Source: Guillardia theta CCMP2712 (lineage: Eukaryota; Protista; Cryptophyta). From it: a stretch of DNA of 64,000 bases. The notes under the pieces were generated by a model that saw only the letters and a program-made list of their open reading frames with translations, had not been told where the DNA came from and ran no database searches. Location: NCBI RefSeq assembly GCF_000315625.1, contig NW_005434580.1:209648-273647 (forward strand), read 5' to 3'. Both the position numbers and the translations under genes were made by a program. This document shows, in pieces, positions 23,622 through 37,523 of the stretch; positions within the stretch are counted from its first letter, which is position 1; each line of letters opens with the position of its first letter.

Positions 23622-24743
23622 TGCGGCCACTCACTCAATTCATCCCCCTCTTCACCCCCCTCATGCCCGGGCCCCGCAGCTCCGGGACCCCGGCCCGGCC
23701 CCGGCCCAGGTCAGACAGGGCCCGGGCCGGCCGGGCCCGGCGGCCCGGTACTCCTTTACCATCTATTACTACAGCCACTGACGGATTTAGGCCACCAAGA
23801 TGGGAGGGCTCACTTGTGGCTGACTGAGAGGCCACGGGTCATCATGTGGGGGGGTGATTTTTGCACAAGATGATAGGTAGGGGTTATTACCCCTACCCTC
23901 AAAAGGTAGAATTCTGGTTGCTCCACCCCACCTTTGCATCATAAGAAGGGGTACTATAGATCAGTGAACTCTTAAGTGAGAGCATAGGAAAATTGACGAT
24001 AGGGTGGACCATGCAAACAGCGAGCGGAGTACCATGCGATCCTCCCGCCATGCCATGTTCCTGATGAAACGATTTACATCTCCTTACCCCTTCCACTCTC
24101 CTGCTTCCTCTGTCTCTGTCTCTGTCTCTGTCTCTGTCTCTGTCTCTGTCTCTGCCTACCTCCCCCTTTCTCCCTCCACATCCTCGACCTCCGTCTTACT
24201 CATGGCTCTCCTTACCTGCGGCAGTGCCCTCCTTCTCAATCACGGGTCGAACTTCATCCCTTTCCCGCTCCGGTCTCATGGTGCTGCTTCAACCTCTACA
24301 CTTCCCTTAACATATTGTCATATTTGTTTCGCATCATGCTCCCCATTCCCGTCTCCCATCCTCTTCAGATAATGCTCCTGCTCCATAGCTCTCATCCTCC
24401 CGCTTCTTGCCTCTTACGAGTCTGTTTCGCCGTTCTGTTGTTGACATCTGGATGTTTTTTTCTTCAACCCCCCCCGCCTCGATGATTACTTCAACAATTT
24501 CACACACTTTAATTGAGCCTTTTCTCATACTAGCATTTTCAATGGCTCAAACTTGTGCGGTGATCGTGACTTCCTGACATGTTGTTCCTGTACAGATCTC
24601 ATACTCGTACTTTCTGAAGTCATACAGATCAAACCTGATCTCATCTTGATCTCGATGCCGATGGTCACCCTTCACTCGAAACGTCTCCATGGGTCAACAT
24701 AGAAAGCTGACGCGCATTTCTTCACCTGCGATCGGATGGCGCG

Positions 24744-26075
24744 ATGGAGGTTATGAACTCGCCTTGCAAGGCTTCAACAGGGTTGAGGCCCCGTGCAGCT
24801 TGCGTACCTGGTGACTCGTATTCAAGTTCAGCTAGCACTGTCTGTGCGGCCCATAAGGAGATCTTCTATTCGAGCAATCCCACTGGAACGCTTCACTCAG
24901 GGGAGAGGTCTGATTACCCTCTAGATGTACATCTTCAAGGCGCCAGTGCTGCGGAACAAAACTTCTGCGTAAGACCAGAATGCAGGAAAGATCCCTTGGA
25001 ATCATGCAACCCTGGCGTGATGGAAGACGGCGCCTCCAACAAGTGCAAAAGTCTCATTCATGACACATCGGGCATGCTGCCTCCTTGCACTAGGAGTGAG
25101 ATTTATGATGCGTTCAGGAAGCACCAGGGGTTGGACGGAAAGGTCAGCCCTTGCCGACTTCTCAAGATCTCGGCCGAGGTTGGCCTGGATCAGCGGAGAG
25201 TTCTCCGTCTGCTATGCAAGGAATGGTCAATGGACTTGGAGACCTTCATGATGGTGCTTCAAGATGGAGAGGAGCAGGGAGAAATGAACGGGAGCAGGTT
25301 GAAGGATACTGCAAGCGATGAGCTTCAAGGGATACTGTACTCGCCGATTGACAGAAAGCAGCTCCGAAAGACCTTGCAGCACTGCAGAGTGGAATACCAG
25401 GAAGCTCTCGCCAACATGAAGGAGAGTGATGCACATCTCATTGCCATGCGCATGCTCCCGAGCATCGTCGATGATATCATGCTGCTGCGAGAGGAGGTTG
25501 GAGTCTATCCGGGTGTGAAGAAGGGCTTTGAACAAGCTTGCACACGCAGCGATGTTGTTGGAAATAGCACAGAATCTCCTCGGGGTAACAATCTGCAGGA
25601 GCATGAAGAGCCAGGAAGGGGAAGCATGGATGAGTTTCAAAGCGAGGGTCAGGTATCAAGGCACAACGGGCTGCCCACGACTCCGACCAGCCCCGGCGAT
25701 GCGGATGAGTCGATGGAGCACGGCTCGTCGTCCAGCGATGACAGTGAGGCGGACATGTCAGGGATCGACTTCTCCCGGAGAGAATCGTCCTTCAGTCATG
25801 GCTTCACTGACTACGACCAGGAGGAGGTGGGTTGTAGCTCCGACGGCAAGCAGGTCGGCAGACTGACCGTGGCTCTGCTCTGCGTCGCTGATACAGTAAG
25901 GACTTACAGGGCCCAGAGGCGTCGGATGAGACGAGGATGCTTCTTGGTGAGTTTCTCAGGCTTCCAGTGACTGGAGAACTGAGCTTCCCTTTGCGCAGAT
26001 CAAATCAAGAGAGAGGCGGAAGAAAGTCTGCGAGCCTACAGGGCAGCCATCGCACGGACATCACAAGGAATCTGA
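24744..26075 (+). CDS. Hypothetical protein with a degenerate EF-hand-like segment and an acidic disordered tail (copy A, the most complete copy of a tandem array)
   Basis: 408-aa ORF plus a small 3' exon after a GTGAGT..GCAG intron. EIYDAFRKHQGLDGKVSPCRL...MDLETFMMVL resembles an EF-hand pair. Confidence 0.6.
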
Positions 26076-26895
26076 CATGAGTCAAGTTGGAATGGATCGG
26101 CCGACCAGCGCACCCGTGCCAGCAGCGCATTGTGATCCTTTGGGCCGCCGAGGCTCCAACTCACTCTGACCGACCCGGCGTCCGACCCGGCGCTCGCGGC
26201 AGTCGGAGGGCTGATGAAGTATGCGTTCTGAGGGTGGCTGGTATAAAGCGGTAGTTCCATATCCTCCGAAAGTACTTCGAAATCATCTTACTACTTTCAA
26301 ATGGTAACAATGGAGTTTTGTATAAACAAATCGGACTCCGAGGCGGACGGTAAACGGGACTGGCGGGCTCGCCTCAGAGCGTTGGACAAAAATACTGATT
26401 CCCGCGGCCCGTCACCTCAGGATGGAGGAGCTAGAGGAGGGTCCATGATCACTCTGGTATCTATTTAGACCCCCTCCCTCTCGCTGATGTTTCATCCGTT
26501 GATATCACTCGAGCTCACCCACTGTAGAGGAAAGTGGTTAAGAAGCTCCGTACTCATGTCTTTGAAAACCTGAAGATACCCTACTTTTCTTCCTCGTGAA
26601 ACCTTTAGAAATCTGAGCATGTAGGGATTGGCCATGGTTTCATCTGGGTCATTACAGATGCAGGTTCGTTGAGTCGATGGACTGCAAACTGAGAGGGGAC
26701 AGGATGGTCCATTGAGCGATTGGGTCGAATGGCTTACAATGACGAAGAAACATGTGAGTTGATCATGTGGAAGAAGAGAATGGGACGTTTGCAGGGGATT
26801 TTCTCGCCAGGTGGACATCTCAGTCTTGAGCGAGGGATGTTCGGAGAACCAAGCCGCGAGGAAAGGAAGCCATCACCGCATCGTGACTTGCTGAT

Positions 26896-27882
26896 ATGTT
26901 ATTCCTGTGTCTCATTCATGACACATCGGGCATGCTGTTTGAGGGAAAGGTCAGCCCTTGCCGACTTCTCAAGATCTCGGCCGAGGTTGGCCTGGATCAG
27001 CGGAGAGTTCTCCGTCTGCTATGCAAGGAATGGTCAATGGACTTGGAGACCTTCATGGTGGTGCTTCAAGATGGAGAGGAGCAGGGAGAAATGAACGGGA
27101 GCAGGTTGAAGGATACTGCAAGCGATGAGCTTCAAGGGATACTGTACTCGCCGATTGACAGAAAGCAGCTCCGAAAGACCTTGCAGCACTGCAGAGTGTC
27201 ATACCAGGAAGCTCTCGCCAACATGAAGGAGAGTGATGCACATCTCATTGCCATGCGCATGCTCCCGAGCATCGTCGATGATATCATGCTGCTGCGAGAG
27301 GAGGTTGGAGTCTATCCGGGTGTGAAGAAGGGCTTTCAACAAGCTTGCACACGCAGCGATGTTGTTGGAAATAGCACAGAATCTCCTCGGGGTAACAATC
27401 TGCAGGAGCATGAAGAGCCAGGAAGGGGAAGCATGGATGAGTTTCAAAGCGAGGGTCAGGTATCAAGGCACAACGGGCTGCCCACGACTCCGACCAGCCC
27501 CGGCGATGCGGATGAGTCGATGGAGCACGGCTCGTCGTCCAGCGATGACAGTGAGGCGGACATGTCAGGGATCGACTTCTCCCGGAGAGAATCGTCCTTC
27601 AGTCATGGCTTCACTGACTACGACCAGGAGGAGGTGGGTTGTAGCTCCGACGGCAAGCAGGTCGGCAGACTGACCGTGGCTCTGCTCTGCGTCGCTGATA
27701 CAGTAAGGACTTACAGGGCCCAGAGGCGTCGGATGAGACGAGGATGCTTCTTGGTGAGTTTCTCAGGCTTCCAGTGACTGGAGAACTGAGCTTCCCTTTG
27801 CGCAGATCAAATCAAGAGAGAGGCGGAAGAAAGTCTGCGAGCCTACAGGGCAGCCATCGCACGGACATCACAAGGAATCTGA
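26896..27882 (+). pseudogene. 5'-truncated copy B of the tandem gene
   Basis: Lacks the 24744-25050 N-terminus and the ~25080-25136 segment of copy A; otherwise nearly identical. Confidence 0.6.
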
Positions 27883-28703
27883 CATGAGTCAAGTTGGAAT
27901 GGATCGGGCCGACCAGCGCACCCGTGCCAGCAGCGCATTGTGATCCTTTGGGCCGCCGAGGCTCCAACTCACTCTGACCGACCCGGCGTCCGACCCGGCG
28001 CTCGCGGCAGTCGGAGGGCTGATGAAGTATGCGTTCTGAGGGTGGCTGGTATAAAGCGGTAGTTCCATATCCTCCGAAAGTACTTCGAAATCATCTTACT
28101 ACTTTCAAATGGTAACAATGGAGTTTTGTATAAACAAATCGGACTCCGAGGCGGACGGTAAACGGGACTGGCGGGCTCGCCTCAGAGCGTTGGACAAAAA
28201 TACTGATTCCCGCGGCCCGTCACCTCAGGATGGAGGAGCTAGAGGAGGGTCCATGATCACTCTGGTATCTATTTAGACCCCCTCCCTCTCGCTGATGTTT
28301 CATCCGTTGATATCACTCGAGCTCACCCACTGTAGAGGAAAGTGGTTAAGAAGCTCCGTACTCATGTCTTTGAAAACCTGAAGATACCCTACTTTTCTTC
28401 CTCGTGAAACCTTTAGAAATCTGAGCATGTAGGGATTGGCCATGGTTTCATCTGGGTCATTACAGATGCAGGTTCGTTGAGTCGATGGACTGCAAACTGA
28501 GAGGGGACAGGATGGTCCATTGAGCGATTGGGTCGAATGGCTTACAATGACGAAGAAACATGTGAGTTGATCATGTGGAAGAAGAGAATGGGACGTTTGC
28601 AGGGGATTTTCTCGCCAGGTGGACATCTCAGTCTTGAGCGAGGGATGTTCGGAGAACCAAGCCGCGAGGAAAGGAAGCCATCACCGCATCGTGACTTGCT
28701 GAT

Positions 28704-29512
28704 ATGTTATTCCTGTGTCTCATTCATGACACATCGGGCATGCTGTTTGAGGGAAAGGTCAGCCCTTGCCGACTTCTCAAGATCTCGGCCGAGGTTGGCC
28801 TGGATCAGCGGAGAGCTCTCCGTCTGCTATGCAAGGAATGGTCAATGGACTTGGAGACCTTCATGGTGGTGCTTCAAGATGGAGAGGAGCAGGGAGAAAT
28901 GAACGGGAGCAGGTTGAAGGATACTGCAAGCGATGAGCTTCAAGGGATACTGTACTCGCCGATTGACAGAAAGCAGCTCCGAAAGACCTTGCAGCACTGC
29001 AGAGTGGAATACCAGGAAGCTCTCGCCAACATGAAGGAGAGTGATGCACATCTCATTGCCATGCGCATGCTCCCGAGCATCGTCGATGATATCATGCTGC
29101 TGCGAGAGGAGGTTGGAGTCTATCCGGGTGTGAAGAAGGGCTTTCAACAAGCTTGCACACGCAGCGATGTTGTTGGAAATAGCACAGAATCTCCGCTCGT
29201 CGTCCAGCGATGACAGTGAGGCGGACATGCCAGGGATCGACTTCTCCAGGAGAGAATCGTCCTTCAGTCATGGCTTGACTGACTACGACCAGGAGGAGGT
29301 GGGTTGTAGCTCCGACTGCAAGCAGGTCGGCAGACTGACTGCGGCTCTGCTCTGCATCGCTGATACAGTAAGGAGATGCTTCTTGGTGAGCTTCTTCTCC
29401 CAATGACTGGAGCACTGAGCTTCCCTTTGCGCAGAGCAAATCAAGAGAGAGGCGGAAGAAAGTCTGCGAGCCTACAGGGTAGCCATCGCACGGACATCAC
29501 AAGGAATCTGAC
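28704..29512 (+). pseudogene. Truncated, frameshifted copy C
   Basis: Same 5' truncation as B, plus an internal deletion at ~29194 (TCTCC|GCTCGTCG) that gives an early stop at 29213. Confidence 0.75.
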
Positions 29513-29692
29513 AGCCGCGTACTCAAAGTTAAGTCAAAAATCCCACACGGCGAGAACTTCGGAAGAGAAAAGACAGCGAGAACCAAACCCTAACCTGCCA
29601 ACTGCTGTCCCCCAAACTTTACTGATACCTTCACTTTTAAACTGCAGTGCGCGCAGGACCATTCAGTCCGCCGCGCCATGCCAGCGATGTCT
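29513..29692 (+). mobile_element. Short non-coding dispersed repeat (homologous to the reverse complement of ~46760-46978)
   Basis: GAAGAGAAAAGACAGCGAGAACCAAACC..AACCTGCC.ACTGCTGTCCCCCAAACTT.ACTGATACCTTCACTT..GCGCAGGAC..CCATGCCAGCGATGTC matches the reverse complement of 46761-46890. It begins with TACTCAAAGTTAAGT and is present only in one unit of the tandem array. Confidence 0.6.
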
Positions 29693-30244
29693 TACCATAT
29701 CTGACTCCGAGGCGGACGGTGACCGGGGCTGGATTTGAAGTTGCCAGAATCAGTCGGATGGGAGGGGTGCGAGAGTGAAGCTGTGGATACAACCGCAACT
29801 GTCCTCAGGAGGGAGGAGCTCTCCAAGACAAAGAGGAGGGTCCATGATCACTCTGGTATCTATTTAGACCCCCTCCCTCTCGCTGATGATTTCATCCGTT
29901 GATATCACTCGAGCTCACCCACTGTAGAGGAAAGTGGTTAAGAAGCTCCGTACTCATGTCTTTGAAAACCTGAAGATACCCTACTTTTCTTCCTCGTGAA
30001 ACCTTTAGAAATCTGAGCATGGAGATCAAGTTGTTATGCAACCTCAGGTCAGGATATAGGAATGCGCCATGGCTTCATCTGGGTCATTGCAGATGCAGGT
30101 TCGTTGAGTCGATGGACTGCAAACTGAGAGTAGACAGGATGGTCCATTGAGCGATTGGGTCGAATGGCTTACCATGATGCGAGGGATGTTCGGAGAACCA
30201 AGCCGCGCGGAAAGGAAGCCATCACCGCATCGTGACTTGCTGAT

Positions 30245-31093
30245 ATGTTATTCCTGTGTCTCACTCATGACACATCGGGCATGCTGTTTGAGGGAAAGGT
30301 CAGCCCTTGCCGACTTCTCAAGATCTCGGCCGAGGTTGGCCTGGATCAGCGGAGAGTTCTCCGTCTGCTATGCAAGGAATGGTCAATGGACTTGGAGACC
30401 TTCATGATGGTACTTCAAGATGGAGAGGAGCAGGGAGAAATGAACGGGAGCAGGTTGAAGGATACTGCAAGCGATGAGCTTCAAGGGATACTGTACTCGC
30501 CGATTGACAGAAAGCAGCTCCGAAAGACCTTGCAGCACTGCAGAGTGGAATACCAGGAAGCTCTCGCCAACATGAAGGAGAGTGATGCACATCTCATTGC
30601 CATGCGCATGCTCCCGAGCATCGTCGATGATATCATGCTGCTGCGAGAGGAGGTTGGAGTCTATCCGGGTGTGAAGAAGGGCTTTCAACAAGCTTGCAGA
30701 CGCAGCGATGTTGTTGGAAATAGCACAGCATCTCCGCTCGTCGACCAGCGATGACAGTGAGGCGGACATGTCAGGGATCGACTTCTCCAGGAGAGAATCG
30801 TCCTTCAGTCATGGCTTCACTGACTACGACCAGGAGGATGTTACGTGGGTTGTAGCTCCGACGGCAAGCAGGTCGGCAGACTGACCATGGCACTGCTATG
30901 CATCGCTGATACAGTAAGGACTTACAGGGCCCAGAGGCGTCGGACCAGACGAGGATGCTTCTTGGTGAGCTTCTTCTCCCAATGACTGGAGCACTGAGCT
31001 TCCCTTTGCGCAGATCAAATCAAGAGAGAGGCGGAAGAAAGTCTGCGAGCCTACAGGGCAGCCATCGCACGGACATCACAAGGAATCTGACAT
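30245..31093 (+). pseudogene. Truncated, frameshifted copy D
   Basis: Shares the copy-C deletion (~30735); stop at 30754. Confidence 0.75.
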
Positions 31094-32199
31094 GAGTCAA
31101 GTTGTAATGGATCGGCCGACCGGCGCTCCCCGGCGTGCCAGCAGTGCATCGTGATCCTCCTGCCGAGGCTCCAACTCACTCTGACCGACCGTCCGACCCT
31201 TTGCATACAAAAAATATTTTTTTTGAGTCATCTAGAAAAAGAGGTCACCTCAGAGCGTCGGACAAAAATACCAATTGCCGCGGCCCGTCCTGACAGGAGG
31301 GAGGAGCCGTACTTTTCTTCCTCGTGAAACCTTTAGAAATCTGAGCATGAAGATCAAGTTGTTATGCAACCTCAGGTCAGGATATAGCGATTCGCCATCA
31401 TGGCATGGTTTCATCTGGATTATTACAGATGCAGGTTCGTTGAGTCGATGGACTGCAAACTGAGAGGGGACAGGATGGTCCATTGAGCAATTGGGTCGAA
31501 TGGCTTACCATGACGAAGAAACATGTGAGTTGATGATGTGGAAGAAGAGAATGGGACGTTTGCAGGGGATTTTCTCGCCAGGCCCTGTTGGATTGCAGGC
31601 TGATTGAAGAGCTCTGAAGAAGTAGAGAGTCTGGACCACGTGAAAGCAAATAGGAGACGTGCGAGCAATCTTACTCATGTCTGATTGACCTCAGAGTGCG
31701 TGAAGTGACTGCTGCAGTTTTACTTCAGCTCCGTGAGGGGATGGCAGCCACCTGACAAGAAGCCTGAAAGGAGTCAAGTGAGCGCCTTGGAATAGAGTGC
31801 ACGAGCTGATGTCGGACGAGGCTGATGCGCTTGCTAAGCCCAGCGGCAGAGGAGGCGCAGGAGAAGAGAAAGGGAGACGCAACAAGACTCAAATGAGGTG
31901 TGGGTAAGAGAGGTCAAGCAAGTGAATCTATTACACGGCAGTTGATGCTCATTTCTTATCCTTACACCTCCTCTCCTCGCCTCGCTCTCGAGGCGCTTGG
32001 GAGGGCCGCGGCTGCAAGCCCAGCTCTCCCCCTCAGCTGCAAGTAGATCAGCTCATCGACCTTGTCTTCTCTCTTGAGCTTCGGGAGCTTGACTGCGGCT
32101 TACGCAGTCCTCCTTCTCGGACTCTGTTGCGACTGGCACCCGCGAACGCAGCTTGATGACGCTTCTCAGCTTCATCTCTGCTCTCTCCTTCAGCTCTCT

Positions 32200-32812
32200 C
32201 TACATCTCGTCCTCGTCTGTCGATCTCAGGTAGTCTTCTATCCAATCTGGACATATCCACGCCTCCTCGCACACCCCGTCCGCCCCAGTCGAAGGGTGAA
32301 GAGCCGATGCAGCGGACACCGGGGGTTCGGTAAAGGTGCTCGAGCCGCTGGGTCCGGGGGAGCCTTCCTGTGCGAGGAGACGTTCAATCTCCCAGGCGCC
32401 AACCTCAGACACAGCGGAGGGATGGGGCTCCCCTTCCTCGAGCTTCTCTTCCTCCGACCTGGTATCGTCTGCTGGATCTGCCCCCTCCTGCTCTGCCGGC
32501 GGCTCCTGCGCATCATCAGTGTCGGCACCTGCTTGCCCCGGCCAGCGAGTGATGCCGATCCTCCTGCAGGCATACTTGAGGCTCGAGAGAGAGATGCCCT
32601 GACAGCAGGAGGGAGAGGTCAGATAGGGGGATGCAGACAAGAGTAGAGGTCAGGCGTACCAGATGCTGGGCGGCATCACGCTGCTTGAGGTTGAAGAGAG
32701 GCTGCAGGATGGCGGGGGAGAGGCGGATCTGAGTGCTGGGCAAGGGAGGAGGGTCGGGAAGGTCCCGTCTAGGGCGAGGAGCGACGAAGACGGAAGGGCG
32801 ATCGGGGAGCAT
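32200..32812 (-). CDS. RWP-RK domain transcription factor (2 exons)
   Basis: Exon 32812-32660 ..ILQPLFNLKQRDAAQHL, phase-0 intron, exon 32598-32200 GISLSSLKYACRRIGITRWP..WIEDYLRSTDEDEM*. Both exon lengths are multiples of 3. Confidence 0.9.
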
Positions 32813-33526
32813 TTTACTATTCCAGCAAGGGGGATGAAGGAGGGGGGAAAGGAGGGGGGAAAGGACGGGTAGTGGGGAAGGAGAGGAAGAATAGCTCCTC
32901 GGAGTCCCTTCCACCATTCACGGACCCCTCCTTTCCTGGGACTGGATGGGGGGTTTCAAAAAAGGGTTATAGAAATGGAGGGGTGATTTGATGGGGCTTG
33001 GACGGGGTCCTCCGATCGCGTAACTTAATATCTTTTAAAACCGTTGAACCAAGGGTTTGCATATTGACTGATATCTTTACTTATCAGGTTGACAGGTTGG
33101 AGCCGAGGCGAGCCCGTCGGTGTCGGTGTGGTTGACTCGCAATAAAAATGCTGGGGCGACCAGAGTTGGACTGGAGGAGCTCATGAGGAGCGGGTGGAAG
33201 GAGGAGAAGGGAGGCGAAGGATGAAAGAGGACAAAGAGCATGAAGACTGCAGAATCAGGAGAAAGATAAGGAGAAGAGAGCCATGGGGAGAGATACAGGA
33301 GCAGTGAGCGTCTGGAGAGGAGAAGGTGACTGGAATAGCTGAATAGCCTAGAGGAGATCATCTTCTCAAGGTGGACCCAGGCGAATCGCATACTTTCAAG
33401 CTTAGGTTGAGATTTAACAGTAGGAGAGTATCCTGTTGCACGCACGCATATATTGCTGTCAGTGCTCGCATGCTAAATATCGCTCCGTTAACACAACCTC
33501 CACCAGCCCTAGATAAGTCATTGATT

Positions 33527-36500
33527 ATGTATCCCCGACGACCGAGTACCTCAGGCGTCTACCAGCCTGCCAGCAACAAGAAGCCTTTTCGCGATGCTCT
33601 CAGACCCCGGACAACTCGTCCTCGCTTGCCTGGCTCCTGGTCAGCAGCTGTCAAGGATGCGGCTGGTCGTCTACCCAACAGACCTGCATCGTCCTCAAGC
33701 TTTGCCAGCATGCAGAGCACGCGCCCATCAACTCGCAGCGGACTGATGCTGGAGCTGTGGGATGAGTTCGAAGAGCAAGTACTAGGGACCGTATCACATG
33801 CTAGAGCCAACAGGCTTCACACGGTAGAGGATGTCAAGGTGGTCATCGAGGGTGACGGTGGCGACTCTAGTGAAGAGGAAGGAGAGCATTGGTGGGAGGA
33901 GGACGTGGAAGCTTGCTGTGAAGGCCTGAGAGCAGAACGTCAAAGTTTGAAGACGAGCAGTCATGTGTTTGCAAGGGTGCGTCTCCGGTGGATCACCATC
34001 CCTTTCAAGAATGTAAGAACACTGAAGGGCTGGATGCAAATGACGGAGTTGCAGGCAGACTTTGTGTGGGATGCTGACAGGCTGCTGGACTGGAGCTCGT
34101 TGAAGAAGCTCGACCTCACCCACATGATCGTGCATGGATACAAGGAGACAGCTGCATCCAGGTTATCAGAAGGCGCTGCGTGACTAGTTTCTGAAGTGAC
34201 GTTGGGGGAGCAGAGGATGGTTGGGTTTGAACGTTTTTCAGTGCGGGGCAGGAGCAACAGGCGAGGAGGACGTTTGTGTCTGTCATCCGTACTCGTCAAG
34301 ATTGTTTGAGGAGATGCTACAAGATGAGGTGAGCACTGATCTGCTGACAACGATGTATACCACATGCTGATCGTGGGGAGTAGGAAAGTTTACGATCTAT
34401 CATGAGTCAAGAGGACGCAGCGGGGCCGGGCAAGCGATCGTTGCAAGAGTGCCTGGAGCGGTTGTCGGGGATTGCAGACAGGCTGCTGGACACGTGCATA
34501 GAGCTGGCCCTGAGTGGAAAACGACTCAGCGAGGCGTTTGACCTGTGTAAGTTTGACGTGAGTCGTCTATCTGTATGTCACGGCCTAGCCTCTCGGCTAG
34601 TAGCCTCTGTCGTCGTGTCTGTGCATGTCGGTCTGCCGTGGAGGCGTGTGAGCTCGCCTCAGGTGTCTTGACATGCGTGAAGCTCTCCTGCAACCTCGCC
34701 AGCTGGAGGCAGAGGCTCCTCAACGCCCACAAGTCGCTCGTGCTGGACGAGATGACCCGACCTCTCCGCCTGGTCGACATGGGCCACCTGTCCCCCAGCA
34801 GCGTCTACTCGATCGCCGTCTTCTATTGCCTGTCATGCTTCTACTCGAGGGAGGGAGACTTCTTCAGAGCGCACGTGTAGGAGGAGCAGGGAGGACGGGG
34901 CTGGCGGGGAGGTGACGAGGAACGACAGGGCGACGGATCGATGCATACTGGCATGCAGAGAGTCGAGCGACGACAACGGGTTGGAGGACATGAAGCTGGT
35001 GAGGAGGGCAGGAGAGGAGGAGAGAGGAGGAGGATGTGACTGGGAGGGGTGGGAGACAGCTTAGGCTGCACATGTCGTGGGTGTGGAAGGATCAGAAGGC
35101 GACGTACATGCTGAAGGAGGGGCGAGGGCTGCTTGGGCTGAAGGGAAGTCAGGAGAGTGTCAAGGCAGCAGGCAAGTAGGGGAGAGGGGCGTGGCGTCCG
35201 GGGCTGATATGAGAGAGTGATGACAGAAAGCACCATGTTGTTGCTGAGAAGGAATCGTCACAGCAGGAGGGTTTGGTTTCTTGACGAGGAGGATTTGAGC
35301 TGGAGGATACTTCATGCCCGCTGGTTGTGCTGCCTGAGCTTCCTGTTCATAGGTTTGGCAAGTGGCAGGGAGGGAGGAGAGCTGAGAAAGTGAATGAGCA
35401 GGATCGTACCAAGAGGCGTTGAGAGTCAGTTTGCAGGCTCTTCTTGATGTGTCGCGGTATGTGAGGTCTTATTCTCTTGGCCGTTTCTCTTCCCTCCCTC
35501 CCTCCCTCCCTCCCTCCCTCCCTCCCTCCCTCCCTCCCTCCCTCCCTCCTCCATGATCCTTGCCCTCACACTTGCTTCATCTTCCTTGCCTATCTGACTG
35601 TCGTTCAATGCTTCCCCTTGATTATCGTGTTGATCTCCTGGAGCAGCAGGTGCAGCAAGTCAACGGCAAAGGACGAGGAGCTTGTAGAAAATCTCATCCT
35701 CCTCCAGGCCCTCAGCAGAGCTTGTCTGGACGAGGAGATGGAGGGATGGGCAATCGGTAGGAAACCACAAGGACTGAAAAGGAAGCCGCACACACAGATA
35801 GGACGAGGAGAGCGAGATTGGATGGGGGAACCAACGGAATGGAAGCGAGAAAGGGGTTTACATGCTCAGATTACGAAGGAACGTAAGAAGATGAGAGATA
35901 GAGAAGGGAGGAGGGGGAGGAAAAAGATGGTAGTGGAAATGGAAATCAACGGAGCGGAACAGGAGGGAAGGGAAGGGGAAAGAAGGAGAGGGGAGGGAAT
36001 GCAGTAGAAGAGAAAGGAAGGGTTGGAGGGAAACGAGTGGTAAAGGTAGGGAGTATGAGAACTGAGCAGAGAAGAAGAAAAGACTTCAAGAAAATGACTA
36101 TATGGCGACTTTCCAGATCGTGTGGACGACTTGCGGCAACTGATCACGAGCGAGAAATCGTGCGATTTCAGCCTGCGCAGGCAGGGTACTTCGTCGTTCT
36201 CGTCAGAAGAGGAAGAGGGCAGGAGGGCTGAGAGCTTTTCTTCCAACCACATGACGCAGCTGCTGAGGCATGTCTCCCCCCGCCCCTCCCCTCTCCCTCT
36301 CCCTCTCCCTCTCCCTCTCCCTCTCCCTCTCCCTCTCCCTCTCCCTCTCCCTCTCCCCCTTCACCTTCCCTTCCCTTCCCCTCTTCAATCTCCTCCTCCT
36401 GCATCTTCCTAAACTTGAGCTCTCTTTACCCACCCTGCTGCATACACCCTTCTTCCTTGATCCTACACTCGTGCTGGTTCAGCGGTTCCCAGCAGCGATC

Positions 36501-37098
36501 CTCTCCCTCCCTCTTGCCCTCCCTCTCCTTTCTCTCTCGATCCGTTGTTTGCTTCTCCTTTCCTTCTCCTCCCTCTCTCCCTCTTTTCTCTCTCCCTCCC
36601 TTTCCCCCTCCCTCTCTTCCTTTCGCCCTCTCTCCCTCCTCTTGTATTCTCTCCCTCATCTCCTCTCTCTCCCATTCTCCCGGCCATTCGCTCCTCTGCT
36701 CATTCCAAACTCTCCTGCCCTGTCAGCTCTTTCATTCTTTCCTTCCTTCCTTTTTCTCTCACCCTTCTGTCACCTCGGCAGGACATGCAAGTGCGGCATC
36801 GCCCTTTGCAAGCTCATCGACTCTTCCTACAAGCCTATGGGTTGGAGCAACATGCAACCTGTCGACGTCGGGGGGCACTGGTGAACTAATCTCCCTCCTA
36901 CGCCTCCATCTCCTTGTTCATTCCTCCAGTTTCGTTGGTCTCTTTCGTCCTCCTCCTCCTCCTCCTCCTTCCCCCCTCCCTCCTCCCGTTGTTCTCGACC
37001 CTCTCCATCCTCCTCCTCTCCAATCCTTGTCCTTCCTCCTCCAGTCTCTCCTCGCCTCTCTTCGTCTTTCTCGTCGCTGCTTCACAGCGTTGAGGTCA
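33527..37098 (+). CDS. Hypothetical multi-exon protein with helical (TPR-like) segments (ends approximate)
   Basis: Long exon MYPRRPSTSG...MIVHGYKE, then exons LERLSGIADRLLDTCIELAL, KLSCNLASWRQRLLNAH, LVENLILLQALSRAC and WRLSRSCGRLAA, separated by purine- or pyrimidine-rich introns. Confidence 0.5.
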
Positions 37099-37523
37099 CG
37101 AGGCAGGTCGGATCGCTTCATTTTAAGTGGGAGAACAAAAGTGTGACCGATGATCGCCTGGCAAGCTAGGAAACACACACAAAGAAGCTGCGAAACATCT
37201 CAGAGCTTCGATGAGACCGCTGATTCCTGGTGGAGGGAAACGTCCAGATCTCCTCTATACAGAGGAAGGATGATAAGATCAGCTGTGGGGGCAGCCACGA
37301 GAGGCAGGGAAGGAGTAGGGCGAGTGATCAGCCTTGATGAGTTCAAACGTTGAAGAGGAGGAAGGGATCGGTCAAAAGAGGCAGGGAAGCAGTTTGGTTC
37401 TAGTATTGATACGACACGATACGATTGATATTACACTATGATGGTGATATGACTAGGTAACGGTGATGTGACACAATAACGGACGGCTTGAAGCTGAGCG
37501 TGGCTACGTCTGATCTCTCTATG

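Larger units (their letters stand above)
25050..31580 (+). repeat. Tandem segmental duplication, ~1.5-1.8-kb unit, four gene copies
   Basis: Near-identical blocks 1808 bp apart (e.g. 26333 vs 28141). Gene-like copies start at ~24744, 26896, 28704 and 30245. Confidence 0.95.

Noticed and set aside
29584-29598. Telomeric repeat seed (AAACCCTAACC; also GGTTTAGGTTT at ~46848)
   Set aside because: Single imperfect unit inside the dispersed repeat, with no array.
31207-31236. Helitron 3' end (A/T hairpin followed by CTAG)
   Set aside because: The hairpin is only poly-A/poly-T rather than GC-rich, CTAG is followed by A rather than T, and no matching 5' TC end was found.
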